Source of the DNA: Luteolibacter sp.
GTDB lineage: Bacteria; Verrucomicrobiota; Verrucomicrobiia; Verrucomicrobiales; Akkermansiaceae
Assembly: GCA_043748885.1 (NCBI GenBank)
Contig: JAYVEJ010000341.1
Span: 1-33,805, forward strand
Direction: 5' to 3'
Length of the DNA: 33,805 bases
This document shows, in pieces, positions 1-8,403 of this stretch. Each line of letters opens with the position of its first letter. Position 1 is the stretch's first letter. The translations under genes and the position numbers were made by a program. The notes under the pieces were generated by a model, which ran no database searches, was not told where the DNA came from, and saw nothing but the letters and a program-made list of their open reading frames with translations.

Positions 1-711
1 TTCATCTTCACCTTCAAGGATGACGCTGGCAACGAAGTGCCGGTCTGGGATTACGCCCATTTCCACGACATCAACGCCGACCGCGTGCTTTACGAGGAAT
101 ACCGCCCGCTCACCCACATCAAACACAAGCACGTCGCGCCTTACGACGAACTCGTCAAAACCACCGGCATGCGCTGGCCGGTCGTCGAACAACCGGACGG
201 CTCCTACAAGGAAACGCGCTACCGTTTCGTCGAAGGCGAGGATCCCTTCGTTGAAAAGGGCAAGGGTATCGAATTCTATCACTCCGTCACCGAGGACGGG
301 CGGGCGCAAATCTGGTTCTGCCCGTTTGAGCGCCACCCCGAGGAGCCCGATGCGGAATACCCGTTCTGGCTGTGTACCGGCCGCGTCGTCGAGCATTGGC
401 ACAGCGGCACCATGACCATGCGCGTGCCCCAACTCCGCGGTGCCATGCCAAATGCCTATTGCGAAATCCACCCGGACGACGCCGCAGCAGCACTCATCGG
501 CAATGGCGACGACCTCATCGTTGCCACCCGCCGTGGCGAAATCACCCTAACGGTCTGGATCAACGGCCGCGGCCGACCGCCCAGAGGCTCGTTGTTCGTG
601 CCCTTCTTCGATGAAAAGCGCCTGATTAACAACCTCACGCTCGACGCCTATTGCCCGATCTCCAAAGAGCCGGATTACAAAAAGTGCGCCGCCCGGATTC
701 GCAAAGCCTGA
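1..711 (+). CDS. napA: Periplasmic nitrate reductase catalytic subunit, C-terminal part (5' truncated by window edge)
   Basis: Frame is open from base 1. It carries the molybdopterin dinucleotide-binding C-terminal motifs 'YPFWLCTGRVVEHWHSGTMT', 'FVPFFDE' and 'CPISKEPDYKKCA' typical of NapA, and is followed by a napB-like gene. Confidence 0.95.
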   Translation, partial: FIFTFKDDAGNEVPVWDYAHFHDINADRVLYEEYRPLTHIKHKHVAPYDELVKTTGMRWPVVEQPDGSYKETRYRFVEGEDPFVEKGKGIEFYHSVTEDGRAQIWFCPFERHPEEPDAEYPFWLCTGRVVEHWHSGTMTMRVPQLRGAMPNAYCEIHPDDAAAALIGNGDDLIVATRRGEITLTVWINGRGRPPRGSLFVPFFDEKRLINNLTLDAYCPISKEPDYKKCAARIRKA

Positions 712-717
712 CCTGCC

Positions 718-1527
718 ATGGACAGCCACGACATCGAGAGTTACTTCCGCCAACACCGCAAGACCCTCGCGGTGGTCTTTCTGATGGTCGGCATGTTAGC
801 CGTGTCCGGGTTTTTCATGGGCATGCGCCAGACCGAGCGGCAAGTCACCCGCAACGCCCTTCCGCTTTCTGAAAAACACGAAGTTTCCACCGCACCGTCA
901 CTCTCGGAAATTCCGACCGCCCCCAAATACAAGGAGATCGCCGACGCCAAGTGGCTTGCCAACCGCGACTGGAAATTCACCCTCGCAGATCTGCCGCGTG
1001 CCACCCCGTCAGCCGCCGGAAACCTGATCGCCACCCCGGCGGAACGCGCAACCGCAGTGGAACGGCGTGCCGCCCTCCGCGCCTATGACGGCGCACCACC
1101 CGTCGTTCCCCATGTGATCGACACTCTCAGCGTGGCTTCCTGCCTATCCTGCCATGGTCAGGGCGAAAACCTGGTGATCGGTGGCAAGCGTCCCGCCGAA
1201 ATGAGCCATCCGTGGATCACCAATTGCACCTCCTGCCACGTCCCGGCCGACGGCATGCGCCAGCTCACCGAACCCCGCGAAGGACGCCTCGTTGTTGAGA
1301 ATTCCTTTGTGGGAAAAACCTCCGCGGGTTCAGGCCCCCGGGCTTATGGCACCGCGCCGCCCACCACGCCGCATCCCGTCTGGATGCGCCAGAACTGCAT
1401 GGCTTGCCACGGTCCGGGCCGCGAACAAGCGATCCGCACCTCCCACCCGGAACGCCAGAACTGCCTCCAGTGCCACGCGCCCAATGCGGCATTTGACAAC
1501 CGGGAAACTTACCTAACGAATCCCTAG
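718..1527 (+). CDS. napB: NapB-like cytochrome c subunit with internally duplicated diheme module (4 CXXCH) and N-terminal membrane anchor
   Basis: The NapB motif 'RAYxxAPPxxPH' occurs twice. Heme motifs are CLSCH, CTSCH, CMACH and CLQCH. The N-terminal helix is hydrophobic, and the gene starts 6 bp after napA. Confidence 0.85.
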   Translation: MDSHDIESYFRQHRKTLAVVFLMVGMLAVSGFFMGMRQTERQVTRNALPLSEKHEVSTAPSLSEIPTAPKYKEIADAKWLANRDWKFTLADLPRATPSAAGNLIATPAERATAVERRAALRAYDGAPPVVPHVIDTLSVASCLSCHGQGENLVIGGKRPAEMSHPWITNCTSCHVPADGMRQLTEPREGRLVVENSFVGKTSAGSGPRAYGTAPPTTPHPVWMRQNCMACHGPGREQAIRTSHPERQNCLQCHAPNAAFDNRETYLTNP

Positions 1528-1559
1528 CCGCCCTTGGATTCGCCGATTCTCAAGAAACC

Positions 1560-1916
1560 ATGAGCGCCATCAGCCGCCGTGATTTATTCCGTTCCCTATT
1601 CGGTCGCCGGACGGAACCGGCAGCGCCAGCCGTTCGGGAAACTCCCGTCATTGACGACGTGCCGCCGCTCGCCCTTATTCTTGACCGCTTCTGCCTCGCC
1701 TATCAGGGGTCGTTCTGCTCGGTCTGTTCCGAGCGCTGCCCGGCGGATGGAGCCATCACCGTCGAGCAGGGAAAACCCCGCGTGAACCCGGATCTCTGCA
1801 CCGGTTGCAGGATTTGCCACGACGTCTGCCCTGCCCCGAAAAACGCCGTTTTCCTCGTCGCCCGCAAACCCCGCCAAGGCATGATTTCACGCCCCGCAGA
1901 AACTTCCCCCGCATGA
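1560..1916 (+). CDS. napF: NapF/NapG-like 4Fe-4S ferredoxin
   Basis: N-terminal SRRDLF pseudo-Tat motif, C-x6-CSVCSERCP and CTGCRICHDVCP ferredoxin motifs, and nap context. Confidence 0.7.
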   Translation: MSAISRRDLFRSLFGRRTEPAAPAVRETPVIDDVPPLALILDRFCLAYQGSFCSVCSERCPADGAITVEQGKPRVNPDLCTGCRICHDVCPAPKNAVFLVARKPRQGMISRPAETSPA

Positions 1917-2233
1917 GCGACCCCGCCCCTCTTCCCGATCTCCATCAATCCGAACTGGACGAAGCCACACTCCGTCAGCTCTTCGAAGACGTTCGCAGCC
2001 ATACCGAGCTGATGGAAGTCATCCCGAAATACGCCGCTACCGGCTATGTGCCGGAAATCGCCGCCATCACCATGGCAGAGGGACTCGAACTTTTGGTAAG
2101 CGGTTGCGTCCGTGCGCTGCAACTCCGCTATCGCCATGACGGCACGCTCTGGTGGGACACCCTCATGCCCACGCCGCACGGCACGTTCCGGATCGTCCGC
2201 ATCCAGCACGATTTCTCTGCCGACGCCCACTGA
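1913..2233 (+). CDS. Conserved-looking hypothetical protein (106 aa), last gene of nap operon
   Basis: The ATG at 1913 overlaps the napF stop (ATGA). A diverged second copy of its 3' half at 6001-6168 keeps the frame with many synonymous changes, indicating a real gene. Confidence 0.8.
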   Translation: MSDPAPLPDLHQSELDEATLRQLFEDVRSHTELMEVIPKYAATGYVPEIAAITMAEGLELLVSGCVRALQLRYRHDGTLWWDTLMPTPHGTFRIVRIQHDFSADAH

Positions 2234-2262
2234 CGCACGCTCATTCCTCATCGTCCCTTTTT
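2065..2262 (+). repeat. Direct repeat copy 1 (3' end of hypothetical gene plus downstream sequence)
   Basis: Aligns to 6000-6197 at offset 3935. Bases 2132-2202 are identical to 6067-6137 (71 bp). Confidence 0.95.
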
Positions 2263-2352
2263 CATACACTTGTTAACAGGAGATCGATGGCGGCGAAGAG
2301 ATGCATCATTGCGGACGACTGCCAGAATCATACCCGTTGAAAACCGGTAGGC

Positions 2353-4110
2353 TCACGCGCGCTGGTAGGCGCGTCGATCGTGCTCGGCCTGGCGCTCGCT
2401 GGACCAGGAGGCGACGCGCTTGAGGTAGCCGATGATACGGGTGGCGTGATCGATATTTCGCGATCCGCAAGCCGAACAATGATCGCGGGTGAACTTGTCA
2501 ACGTGGTCGCAGTCGTTGCAACAGGTGACCCGCACGTTGGTGCAGAAATAATTGCAACCGGTCCGGATGGCGGCACGGATGAGCTTGGCGAAGCTTTCCT
2601 CCGTGGGATAACTCTCAAGATTCAAGTGAAGCGCCGAGCCACCGTCGAGGTAGCGTGTGACCCGGTCACCATGCAGGATCAGCTTGTCGAGGGCGTGGAT
2701 GTCATCGCGTTCGACCGGATAGAAGTAGGAGTTGTAGCAATCGCGAGGGACCGCATAACCGTCTTCGCGGTCCCAGCGGGCGAACTTGACGCCGAGGTTT
2801 TCCGCCGGAACGAACTCGGTGTTGAAGCGCGCTCCATATTCACGGACAGCCTGCCGGTTGAGTTCGTTGATGATTTTCAGTTGGCCAGACACCCACTCAA
2901 TGTAATCCTCATTGTTAGAAGGATCAAGGCCGAGAAATTCGGCGGCTTCGACCATGCCGTTGACTCCGATGGTGAGGTATTGTTTTTCCGGCACCATGCA
3001 TTTTGAGGTGTAGATCGGCAGCAGACCGGCTTCGTCGAACTCGGCGAGAATGGCGCGGCGGGCGACGAGGTAGCGATGAAGATCACGAACCTGCTCCGTG
3101 AGGTCGCGGCCATCCTGGACGAGGCGGTTGAAGTTGATGGTCATCACCTGCATCGAGCCGGTCATCACGCCGCCGGCACCGAGCGAAAAAGAGAAGTCGT
3201 TGTCACCGTGGAGTTCATTGCGGAGGCGGCAGCAGGATGAGAGGGAATCGACGCTGTCGCTGGTGTAGATGAAGAAGGAATTGCCGGCTGCGAGCTGGGT
3301 CGCGAGAAGATCGGCAAAGTCCCTATCGCGCGGTTCCTCGCGATCATGGATCAGGGCGGCGGTAACCACCGGGAAGGTGAGCAGCGAACGTTCGCGTTCC
3401 CCATTGAACCATTCGAGGAAATAGGCCTGGAGATGGCTGACGCTTTCCCACGACGAGCGGTCACCATCCGGGAAGATGAAGTCTCCGAACATGCTCTCGA
3501 AGTAGTGTTGATCGAAGACCGAGATATTCCAGAACACACTCTGGTAGCTGCGTGCGGCGGCGGGTTGATTGAGAGCGTAAACGACGTGCTGGAGGTGGTT
3601 CTGAATCTCGAAGGGGTGCATGGTGAGATAGTCATCGCCGTAGTCCTTGCGGGCGAAGTGATCGAAACAGTTCAGAAACTCGACCGTGGCACAGGCACCG
3701 GCCAGGTTGGCGGAGATGGCGAAGACGAAGTTGATGAAGCTGCCGCAAAAGGAGGCGAGGTGCTTGGGTGCCTTGCTTTCGCCGCCTAGTGGAACCAAGC
3801 CATGATTGAGCAGCGGATAAAGACTCACCGAGGCGCAGTAGGGCATGAAGGGCGCGGTTTCGTCGTGGGTGTAGATTTCGTGCTTTTCAAGCTGTGAACG
3901 GTAGCACTCGGCGGTGGCGTCGTCGAAGAGCAGGCGCAGCTTGCGGTCCATGAGTTCGCGATGAATGCGGATGTTGGACTGTTTGTGGATTTCGCAGGCG
4001 AGGACGGCGACGTTTTTGCAGGAAACATTGGCGTTGGCATCGACGAGCGAGCCGTCGGCGGAGTTGCGAGCGGCAATGTAGCGGTCGATGAAGTCGAGTT
4101 GGGTATTCAT
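2353..4110 (-). CDS. nrdD: Class III anaerobic ribonucleoside-triphosphate reductase, short form lacking ATP cone
   Basis: SSCCRLRN finger loop, LTFPV motif, C-terminal CxxC...CxxC zinc site and RIIGYL glycyl-radical motif; adjacent to nrdG. Confidence 0.95.
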   Translation of the reverse strand: MNTQLDFIDRYIAARNSADGSLVDANANVSCKNVAVLACEIHKQSNIRIHRELMDRKLRLLFDDATAECYRSQLEKHEIYTHDETAPFMPYCASVSLYPLLNHGLVPLGGESKAPKHLASFCGSFINFVFAISANLAGACATVEFLNCFDHFARKDYGDDYLTMHPFEIQNHLQHVVYALNQPAAARSYQSVFWNISVFDQHYFESMFGDFIFPDGDRSSWESVSHLQAYFLEWFNGERERSLLTFPVVTAALIHDREEPRDRDFADLLATQLAAGNSFFIYTSDSVDSLSSCCRLRNELHGDNDFSFSLGAGGVMTGSMQVMTINFNRLVQDGRDLTEQVRDLHRYLVARRAILAEFDEAGLLPIYTSKCMVPEKQYLTIGVNGMVEAAEFLGLDPSNNEDYIEWVSGQLKIINELNRQAVREYGARFNTEFVPAENLGVKFARWDREDGYAVPRDCYNSYFYPVERDDIHALDKLILHGDRVTRYLDGGSALHLNLESYPTEESFAKLIRAAIRTGCNYFCTNVRVTCCNDCDHVDKFTRDHCSACGSRNIDHATRIIGYLKRVASWSSERQAEHDRRAYQRA

Positions 4111-4142
4111 GTTTGTTTTAGTGTTGGTCGTGTGGGTGGAGA

Positions 4143-4631
4143 TCAGGCGACGACTTGGAAAGTCTGTGCGGCGTGGCGTTGGAAACGGTGTGTGATGTCG
4201 ATTCCGCGACGGAGATCGAGGAATCGTTGGTTCGTGCCTGGGCGGTCGAGTCCACCGCAGGCGGAGAGGAAAGGACCGAGCTTGAGGTAGTCGAGATGCG
4301 CTGAGATGGCATCATCAATGTCCTCCAAGCCGCTGTAGAGGCAGGTGGCGAAGCCTTTCGCACGGGCGAGTCGGAGCAACTCGATGAGAGCATCGAGCAT
4401 CCATTCGCCGCCGAGAAAGCAGATACACGTGGCGAGACCGGCGTAGCGGTCGAGGATGACGGTCAGCGTTTCTGGATCGAGACGCTCGCCGAGATTCGGA
4501 TTCCGGAGATCGGCGGAATGGCAGCCTGCGCAGCGCAACGGACAGCCGGAAAGAGTGTAGATGAGCGAGATTTCGTCGGGCACCTCGAGGGTCCCGACCG
4601 TATGGCAAACGTAGCGCAGGCGAGCGGACAT
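4143..4631 (-). CDS. nrdG: Anaerobic RNR activating radical SAM protein
   Basis: EVPDEISL..SGCPLRCAGCHS (CxxxCxxC), FLGGEW, DYLKLGP and TNQR motifs; lies upstream of nrdD. Confidence 0.93.
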   Translation of the reverse strand: MSARLRYVCHTVGTLEVPDEISLIYTLSGCPLRCAGCHSADLRNPNLGERLDPETLTVILDRYAGLATCICFLGGEWMLDALIELLRLARAKGFATCLYSGLEDIDDAISAHLDYLKLGPFLSACGGLDRPGTNQRFLDLRRGIDITHRFQRHAAQTFQVVA

Positions 4632-4656
4632 AAGGAAGAAATCTTATTCTTTATTT
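4632..4656 (-). promoter_or_regulatory. Putative Rrf2-type operator (site C), abutting nrdG start
   Basis: Minus-strand AAATAAAGAATAAGATTTCTTCCTT is 18/25 identical to 16341-16365. Confidence 0.55.
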
Positions 4657-4665
4657 CCTGAAGTA

Positions 4666-4712
4666 ATCAAACATATTGTATTAAAATTTTGCCGGCATAC
4701 TACATATGGACA
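4666..4712. promoter_or_regulatory. Tandem NrdR boxes (4666-4681 and 4697-4712)
   Basis: ATCAAACATATTGTAT and ATACTACATATGGACA resemble the acaCwAtATaTwGtgt consensus. They start 31 bp apart (canonical NrdR spacing) and lie upstream of RNR genes. Confidence 0.7.
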
Positions 4713-4820
4713 CAACTACGGAAAATCAAAGGATTTTGCCGAAGATCGGAAGGATCGATTGCAAGGGCTTGATGATCAGACTGCAAGCGGGTGTTTTGGA
4801 GTCGAATTGGGCAAGATCCC

Positions 4821-4836
4821 CCACTAGATCTTGTGG
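4821..4836. promoter_or_regulatory. Third, near-consensus NrdR box
   Basis: CCACTAGATCTTGTGG, extended palindrome CCCCAC...GTGGGG, in the nrdG-ctaA intergenic region. Confidence 0.65.
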
Positions 4837-4921
4837 GGTCGCATAAAATCAAGGATTGGCGATTTTTCAGCCCCTCGCGAGAGCTGAAAATCAGAAATAA
4901 TCCGTTCTTGCCCGTGAAGTT

Positions 4922-6034
4922 GTGCAGGCCTATCCCAAGGCCGTGATTGAGATTCAATCCGTCAGTCGAAGAGAGAAATCGGATCATGCGTTGCGGCTTC
5001 TCGCGCGTTGGCAATTGATGGTGGCGGCACTGGTTTTCGCGATGGTGGTGGTGGGCGGCATCACGCGGCTCACCGGATCGGGGCTTTCCATCACCGAGTG
5101 GAAACCGGTGACCGGTGCGCTGCCGCCGTTCACTCAACAAGGCTGGCTTGAGGAATTTACGAAATACCAACAAAGCCCGCAATTCAAACAGGTCACCGGC
5201 CCCGCAGGGATGACTTTGGACGGATTCCAATTTATTTACTTCTGGGAGTGGATGCATCGCCTATTAGGCCGCTTGATCGGCCTAACATACGCACTGCCGC
5301 TGGTGTGGTTCTGGCGGCGGAAGAAGATACCGACCAGATTCAAACCACGACTCGTGGTGTTGCTGATACTAGGTGGCATGCAGGGGGTGGCCGGGTGGAG
5401 GATGGTCGCCTCGGGCTTGAGTGATCGCCCGGAGGTGTCTCATTACCGACTCGCCGTGCATCTCCTGTTGGCCTTGGTGATCATGGGTGGATTGATCTGG
5501 ACCGCGCTTGACTTGCGGTTGCTGGCTCACCACCCCGCAAAAACCTCGCGGCTCGGCGCATCCGGAATTTGCGTGCTGGCGGTGTTGTTCATCGAACTGT
5601 TGCTAGGGGCGTTCATGGCCGGATTGAAAGCGGGACAGGTCGCGCCCACATGGCCGCTGATGCACGGTCAATTTTACCCACCCGGCATCGATTGGTCACT
5701 GGATTTGTTTCGTACCATGAACCGCCACACCCTGCTGATCCATTTTCTCCACCGCTGGTGGGCATGGGGCGTGGTGGTTGCGCTGGTGATGCTCGCGCGG
5801 AAAATCCGCCGCCGCTGCCGCCTTGCTTCGGTAGTCCTGCACAGCGTCTTTGGCACGCAGGTTCTGGTAGGCATTATCACCGTGATGACGGGCGTATCAT
5901 TCGTTCCGGCCCTGCTCCATCAAGCGGTCGGCGCGTTGGTAGTGGCTTCCACCGTGTGGTGTCTCCATCTCATGGGATACAGGCAAGCGCCTTCACCCAC
6001 ATCATCCTCGCCGAGGGACTCGACCTCTTGTTAG
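4922..6034 (+). CDS. ctaA: Heme A synthase, COX15/CtaA type 2 (start uncertain)
   Basis: GGITRLTGSGLSITEWKP, FWEWMHRLLGR, VSHYRLAVHL, HFLHR and LHQ motifs; multiple transmembrane helices. Confidence 0.92.
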   Translation: MQAYPKAVIEIQSVSRREKSDHALRLLARWQLMVAALVFAMVVVGGITRLTGSGLSITEWKPVTGALPPFTQQGWLEEFTKYQQSPQFKQVTGPAGMTLDGFQFIYFWEWMHRLLGRLIGLTYALPLVWFWRRKKIPTRFKPRLVVLLILGGMQGVAGWRMVASGLSDRPEVSHYRLAVHLLLALVIMGGLIWTALDLRLLAHHPAKTSRLGASGICVLAVLFIELLLGAFMAGLKAGQVAPTWPLMHGQFYPPGIDWSLDLFRTMNRHTLLIHFLHRWWAWGVVVALVMLARKIRRRCRLASVVLHSVFGTQVLVGIITVMTGVSFVPALLHQAVGALVVASTVWCLHLMGYRQAPSPTSSSPRDSTSC

Positions 6035-6197
6035 CCGGCAGTGTCCGCGCGCTGCAACTTCGCTACCGCCATGACGGCACGCTCTGGTGGGACACCCTCA
6101 TGCCCACGCCGCACGGCACGTTCCGGATCGTCCGCATAGAACACGATTTCGCTCCCGACGCACACTGACGTGAACTCCTTCATCGTCATCCCTTTTT
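6000..6197 (+). pseudogene. Direct repeat copy 2: 5'-truncated remnant of the 1913-2233 gene
   Basis: Encodes IILAEGLDLLLAGSVRALQLRYRHDGTLWWDTLMPTPHGTFRIVRIEHDFAPDAH*, 46/55 aa identical to copy 1. It lacks the N-terminal half and overlaps the ctaA 3' end. Confidence 0.85.
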
Positions 6198-6414
6198 GGC
6201 CAAGAGTAGTTTCCACAGCCATCCCAGCGCGGAGGTTACCGAAAAACTGTTTTGCTCGTGCCGCCGAACGTCCTGGAGGCGTATCGATTTCTCTGCGGCC
6301 AGGGTTTCGCAGGACGACTCCGGGAAAATAGCTGGGCGGGCGGAAACCCGAAACTTCGACCAAATCTGAATCCTTCCATAGCCGAGAATCCACGCCGCCG
6401 GACCGGTTTTCGGT

Positions 6415-8391
6415 TCATGCTTTCACCAGCCGCCGAAGAACCTCGACTAGGACGGTGGGGAGGTTTTCGGCTTTGTGGAGGGCGGAGAAACCGCCGCTGC
6501 CGAAGATGCGCGGCATGTAGTCGGGCGCGTGGCGATCGACCGTGACGCAGAACGGGTGGATGCCCTGGAGGCGCGCTTCGGCGACGGCTTGGCGCGAGTC
6601 TTCGACGCCGTAGCGGCCTTCGTAGAGATCCATGTCGTTAGGTTTTCCATCGGAAAGAAGCAGGAGCAGGCGGTGCTCGGCGTTGCGCGACATGAGCCGG
6701 GAGGTGGTGTGGCGGAGGGCGGCGCCCATGCGGGTGAAGCGCTCCGGTTCCAACGCGGCGATGCGGCGGCGGACTTGCGGGCCGTTTGGCTCGGCGAAGG
6801 ATTTCAACGGCAGCATGCGGACGGCTTCCGGGCCTTCGCCGGAAAATGCGAGGATGGTGAAGGGATCGCCCAGCGCTTCGAGCGCGGCGCAAACGACCAG
6901 CAGGGCTTCTTTTTCCACGTCGATAACTCGCGATTCGCCGCTCACCCAGCTATCGGTCGAGCCGCTGACATCGACCAGCAGGGCGATGGCGACATCGCGC
7001 CGGGCGGGCCGGACCGCCTGATAGAGCCGATCATCCGGCGGGCAGCCGGCGCGGCGATCGGCGTGCGAGGCAACGTAAGCTTCGAGGTCGATTTCCGGGC
7101 CGTCCGGTTGGCGGCCAAGGCGTTGGCGGCGCGGACGCAGGCGTTCGAAACGGCGGCGGACTTCCTGCAACAGCGCGGCGCGGCGGCGCAGAACGCCGCG
7201 CGCCCAAGCGGGATCGCCCTCCGGAGCGACCCGTTCGCGGATCACCGCGCCGTGCTCGATGTAAACGCCGCGGCGGTAGTCCCACTCCGGGTAAAACAGC
7301 GCGGAATTGCCGTCGCCGCGGGTGACTTCCGCGATGCCGCGTGGCGCGGGATCGTCGCTGGAAAGGATTTCCCGGGCGCTGCCGGGCGTATCCACGAGCC
7401 GGGCTTCGGGCAGCTCGGAAAGGGAATCGCCAAGGTCGTCCGGATCCGCTTCGTCGTCGCGGTCGGTCGGGCGCTGGAGGCCCATCGGGTCCTCGACGGA
7501 TTGCTGCGGATCGTCCACCTGGATCATCAGCATGCCCGGGTTCGAATCGTCCTCGTCGGGGGTGGCTTCGCGGACTTTCGGGCGGCGCTTCATCTTGCTG
7601 ACGCGGGCCGGGAGCGGCGGCGCGCCCGGGTCGTCGGACGCCGTGGCATCGCGGAAAACGGTAGCGGGCGGCGCGGTGACCTGGCCCCAATACGCCACGG
7701 CGGGCAGCCCGCGGAACGGTCCTTCCTCCTTATCGAAACGGGCCGCGGCTTTCTTCGCCCACGCTGCGGACTCGGCGGGATTTCCTGAAACGTTGGTCAT
7801 TTCATACTCCAACGTGGAAATGAGTTCCGCCTCCACCGCCCGTTCCCGCGGGGTGAGGACTCTGGAATCCGGCCGCGTCCGGCATTCCGCATCGCGGGCG
7901 GCGCGAACGGCGGGTTGGAGGCCGGGCAAGGATTCGGCGAGCCATCGATCCACTGCGGCGGCTTCGCGCAGCAGATAGAGAAACCGCTGCAGCGGCTCCG
8001 CGGGTAACATCGCGGGCGTGCCGCGAGCGGCGCGGGCGGCAGATTGCGAGGCGAGCAAACGGTATTTCAGCAAACCCTCCGCGGCGGGCAGCGTGGGTGG
8101 CAGGTGGAGATGGATGCCATCGGTGGAGGCGAGGATGCGGCGCTCTAGAAGGTGCTTGGGAATCCGCCGGCCGATGCGGGCAAAGAAGTTGGGCGAGATC
8201 GGCTGCTCGGCTTGAAGAATCCGCAGCGAGATGCCGAATGCCGCACTCACAAACAACTCCAGCCTGCCGCGCACCTCGGCCAGCCGCACCAGTTCCGGCT
8301 GCCGCGCCGCGGAGTTCCGCTGCCAAAGTTTCTGCGCCACGAGCGTCGCGCGGTACGCGCCGTCGATGATGACTCCTTCGGGTTCGCCCAT
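6415..8391 (-). CDS. norD: Nitric oxide reductase activation protein NorD (VWA domain)
   Basis: YPEWDY motif, VDVSGST MIDAS motif, TRMGAALRH and LSDGKPNDMDLYEGRYGVED; downstream of norQ. Confidence 0.93.
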   Translation of the reverse strand: MGEPEGVIIDGAYRATLVAQKLWQRNSAARQPELVRLAEVRGRLELFVSAAFGISLRILQAEQPISPNFFARIGRRIPKHLLERRILASTDGIHLHLPPTLPAAEGLLKYRLLASQSAARAARGTPAMLPAEPLQRFLYLLREAAAVDRWLAESLPGLQPAVRAARDAECRTRPDSRVLTPRERAVEAELISTLEYEMTNVSGNPAESAAWAKKAAARFDKEEGPFRGLPAVAYWGQVTAPPATVFRDATASDDPGAPPLPARVSKMKRRPKVREATPDEDDSNPGMLMIQVDDPQQSVEDPMGLQRPTDRDDEADPDDLGDSLSELPEARLVDTPGSAREILSSDDPAPRGIAEVTRGDGNSALFYPEWDYRRGVYIEHGAVIRERVAPEGDPAWARGVLRRRAALLQEVRRRFERLRPRRQRLGRQPDGPEIDLEAYVASHADRRAGCPPDDRLYQAVRPARRDVAIALLVDVSGSTDSWVSGESRVIDVEKEALLVVCAALEALGDPFTILAFSGEGPEAVRMLPLKSFAEPNGPQVRRRIAALEPERFTRMGAALRHTTSRLMSRNAEHRLLLLLSDGKPNDMDLYEGRYGVEDSRQAVAEARLQGIHPFCVTVDRHAPDYMPRIFGSGGFSALHKAENLPTVLVEVLRRLVKA

Positions 8392-8403
8392 GGTGAGGAT
8401 GCC

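Noticed and set aside
5569-6168. 199-aa ORF ending in the duplicated hypothetical C-terminus
   Set aside because: The first ~145 codons are an alternative frame of ctaA; only the last 55 codons are a true remnant.
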